Below are positions 61,303-64,000 of a DNA stretch of 64,000 bases, one piece after another. The stretch covers positions 37,021 to 101,020 of the IMG/VR virus record IMGVR_UViG_3300009506_000008, one strand, 5' to 3'. Origin of the DNA: a virus. Under the pieces are notes generated by a model that did not search any database, had not been told where the DNA came from, and worked only from the letters and a program-made list of their open reading frames with translations. A program made the position numbers and the translations under genes. Position 1 is the first letter of the stretch, and the number at the start of each line of letters is the position of its first letter.

Positions 61303-64000
61303 ATGGCTGACATCATCGTAAACGAGACCAGCGGTAGCAAGTCTGTCTCAGAGCTTACCATCACCGGGGCAGACAACGTCATCGTCTATGGAGGGACGGA
61401 GGCGAACCCTATCACTCTGACGGTCGATGAAGACTTCGAGTGCATGAACTTGACGTTGGGTAACAACACCTCTGCCGATGATGGTCAGCTGCCGGGTAAG
61501 CTGTTGATCGTGGATGATGTATCTAACTGTCGTCGCATTGTCATTCACGGGTACTTCTATCAGGGCGAGCGTACTTGGGTAAGTTCTCCTGGAGCCGGTC
61601 ACGAGTGCTCGGAGGTTTCCCAAGGAAAGTACAGCATTCCAGATGATGTCTACGGACTCAAGGTAGAAACTGCGGTGTCTTCCGGGGTGTATGAAGAGTT
61701 TGGATTTGTTGGCAACGTGGACGTGGAGAACGAGCATACGTACTCCAACACCGAGGAGTTCGTGGCCTGGCCGGACGTAGGGAACGTTCAGAAAGTACCC
61801 ATCGGAGGGTTGACCGGAAAAGACGGGCTCGGGATACAGACGGCTAACCACGTGGTCGATCTCTACAACAGCAGCCAGTCTCATACGATGCCCACCGATA
61901 ACTCCTGGCCGGTGACACATTATGAATACGCATACACCGGGGGAGTTCCGTACTGTCCAAACGTTCAGGCTGACCTCGGTTGCTTTGAGATGGGTACTCG
62001 ACAGCAAAGAGTGTACTCCAACGGAATCTCCGAATTGACTGTGAGTGGTGATTACAGCATTTCTGAGGACGGAAAGTTCCATTCTTACAAGTCTTGGGCT
62101 CAGTTCACTCTGAACGGGGCCATCTCCGATACCGATACCAGCCTTGTCGTGGACGAAGATATTTCAGGAATGCCTGATTCTGGCTATATCTGCATCGACG
62201 ACGAGTTGATCATGTACGGGGCGAAGGACAACGGTACCAAGACGTTTTCCTCCCTGTCCCGAGGGGAGCACGTCACGATCGCAGCCGCGCACAGTGACGA
62301 GGCTGTTGTCAACGAGGGCGGGTTCATCTACTACCACAACATGAGGAACAAGTATTGGTGGTTGGGCGGGACCAGAGGTTCGTTGACAGCCGAGTTTGGA
62401 AAGACGAACTACCTCACAACGCCCACAGCGGGAGGGTTCCGATATCAAGCCTACGTGGGCACCGGTAGGAAAGTCAAGTGCGCCAGCATTCATTTCTTGT
62501 CGCACATGGATACGTCGAACCAGCGGCATTGGTACTTGCGGGGACGTTGGACGGCTACGTGGACTGAGATCGGTGTTTACTACCCGACCTTTGGTTCTAC
62601 TGCGGTCTACGCCAACCTGTACCTCTACACCGACAAGGAACAGATCGGAGCCAAGGAGTTCACAAACTGTTCCATTGTGTGGCCTGTGCTCTACTTTAGT
62701 GGGAACAAGTACGATGTTGGAGACAAGGTGGGGTATCCGAACGGGAAAGTCAAGTTCATTGACTGCTACCTCCTGTCATACTATGGCGGGACCACCGCTG
62801 ACGGCTCTGACATCTACTTTGAAAACGGACTTTACATGGGCTTCCAAGATTTGAGGATGGAGTGGTGCCATGTGGAGTACAAAGGCGAAATCTACGCTTG
62901 GATGTTCCCGATCATCGACTTGGGAGGGCAGGAGTTCACTCATAATATCTACGTCCATGTCGGTACCAAGATGCACTGCGTCCAAACGTACAACCGATTC
63001 GAAGCTGACGGCAGCAACTTTGACATACACTACCCTGGCGATGTAATCAATCTCAGCGAGCTGGAGATTTATCATACCGCGAGAGCGAATGCGGATGCTT
63101 GGTCTCAGACTTATCCCTATGACTTCCCGAAAACGGTGTGGTCGTGGGGTTACCAGTCTAATTTTGGGTTCGGGGAGGTAGATAACCAAGGCAAGCCTGC
63201 AACGGGGGGTGCTGTTCAGCTCCCTGATACGATCTACTTGTTCTGTACCCAGATTGAGTTCTTCCCTTATGGAGCGTACGATCCGCCAGCCCAAGCCGGG
63301 GCTTCTCCTAGTCCTACTGTTTGGCAGGGGAACTCTCCGGTGATTACTTTGTGGCATTCCATGTGGTCCTCTTTCACTGGCTATGCTTTTTACACCGTGC
63401 CCAAGAGCGGGCGATACAATCCCTGCGTGGACATTCCGTTCATCTACATAGGTGGTAATATCCTGCAACGGGTGAACGGGTTCTACGTCAACAGAGGCGA
63501 TGATGCAACAGGTCCGTATGGAGAAGGTCCGGCTGGATATGCCCCCGGTGTTTTGGACATAGGTGTCCCGATCTATGTGAACGGGATCAGTTCCATAGTG
63601 AACTGGCAGGATTCTTCATATCAATATCTGATCATAGACTCGATGTTCGATCTCATTGTTGGTTCTCGTAGCGGGACCACCGGCGCAGACCTCCCGTGTT
63701 ACGAGTTGACCACGAGCGGGCTCCAGCACGGGATAATTGACTACGACGAATTCGACATGACGAACATCACCACAGCTTGGTCTTCTAGGATTCCATACTA
63801 TGGTTGGTACTACGAAAGTGGAGAATTTCATCAGAACCGGTACAGTTCTACCGTGATTGAAACTTACCCGATCCCGGCTTTCAGATCTACACCTGGACTG
63901 AAGAGAAGGTATGCAGGTCAATACTGGTGGCCTTTCTCGATTCCTGTCGATGGAGCTGGCGAGGTGACAGTCTCCTTCGATATGTTTGGTTCGGAGACCA
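61303..64000 (+). CDS. Large tail/adhesin protein, 3'-truncated (about 899 codons in window; absent from ORF track)
   Basis: ATG 61303 with SD AGGAG, open to the window end; contains TLNGAISDTDTSLVV...IDDELI.Y...LSRG...AAAHSDEAVV virion domain pattern. Confidence 0.88.
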   Translation, partial: MADIIVNETSGSKSVSELTITGADNVIVYGGTEANPITLTVDEDFECMNLTLGNNTSADDGQLPGKLLIVDDVSNCRRIVIHGYFYQGERTWVSSPGAGHECSEVSQGKYSIPDDVYGLKVETAVSSGVYEEFGFVGNVDVENEHTYSNTEEFVAWPDVGNVQKVPIGGLTGKDGLGIQTANHVVDLYNSSQSHTMPTDNSWPVTHYEYAYTGGVPYCPNVQADLGCFEMGTRQQRVYSNGISELTVSGDYSISEDGKFHSYKSWAQFTLNGAISDTDTSLVVDEDISGMPDSGYICIDDELIMYGAKDNGTKTFSSLSRGEHVTIAAAHSDEAVVNEGGFIYYHNMRNKYWWLGGTRGSLTAEFGKTNYLTTPTAGGFRYQAYVGTGRKVKCASIHFLSHMDTSNQRHWYLRGRWTATWTEIGVYYPTFGSTAVYANLYLYTDKEQIGAKEFTNCSIVWPVLYFSGNKYDVGDKVGYPNGKVKFIDCYLLSYYGGTTADGSDIYFENGLYMGFQDLRMEWCHVEYKGEIYAWMFPIIDLGGQEFTHNIYVHVGTKMHCVQTYNRFEADGSNFDIHYPGDVINLSELEIYHTARANADAWSQTYPYDFPKTVWSWGYQSNFGFGEVDNQGKPATGGAVQLPDTIYLFCTQIEFFPYGAYDPPAQAGASPSPTVWQGNSPVITLWHSMWSSFTGYAFYTVPKSGRYNPCVDIPFIYIGGNILQRVNGFYVNRGDDATGPYGEGPAGYAPGVLDIGVPIYVNGISSIVNWQDSSYQYLIIDSMFDLIVGSRSGTTGADLPCYELTTSGLQHGIIDYDEFDMTNITTAWSSRIPYYGWYYESGEFHQNRYSSTVIETYPIPAFRSTPGLKRRYAGQYWWPFSIPVDGAGEVTVSFDMFGSET

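Larger units (their letters stand above)
1..64000. mobile_element. Tailed dsDNA phage (Caudoviricetes, siphovirus-like) genome segment
   Basis: Complete terminase-portal-head-neck-tail-tape measure gene order; no host housekeeping genes; no recognisable sheath gene; divergent small-ORF early arm. Confidence 0.97.

Noticed and set aside
13177-64000. Genome-wide stop-codon reassignment (TAG to Gln)
   Set aside because: ORFs of about 2600, 1917 and 1546 codons contain no in-frame TAG and coding density is already near complete under the standard code
1-64000. tRNA, tmRNA, integrase, lysis or replication genes
   Set aside because: No cloverleaf or T-loop context and no recognisable catalytic motifs found by eye; such genes may lie outside the window

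Overview
This window is a segment of a large tailed dsDNA phage or prophage (siphovirus-like, roughly 55% GC by eye) made of two divergent arms. The left arm (1-11731, minus strand) is a tightly packed early/host-takeover operon of about 37 mostly small ORFs: many CxxC zinc-finger microproteins, acidic proteins, a RadC-type JAB protein, a sigma70-family factor and a small lipoprotein. It is punctuated by a recurring intergenic RNA element (a 55-64 nt irregular hairpin starting at the upstream stop codon, often followed by a 6-bp WGAN-loop hairpin just before the next SD) and has a ~500-nt structured leader with a boxA-like site. 11732-13176 is an AT-richer control region with sigma54-type motifs and tandem palindromes. 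The right arm (13177-64000, plus strand) carries terminase, portal, head, neck and tail genes with a -1 frameshifted tail chaperone, a ~2600-aa tape measure, and ~25 kb of very large tail-tip/adhesin genes; the last ORF runs off the window. The best candidate for an undescribed system is a cassette inserted in the neck module (22362-28741). It encodes a degenerate SPOUT methyltransferase coupled to three proteins whose shared N-terminal domains and C-terminal R-x-Y-S-N-P motifs suggest a tip / polymerising subunit / anchor filament on the virion. All assignments come from reading the sequence by eye; no searches were run, and starts were moved to the best SD-preceded codon where noted.
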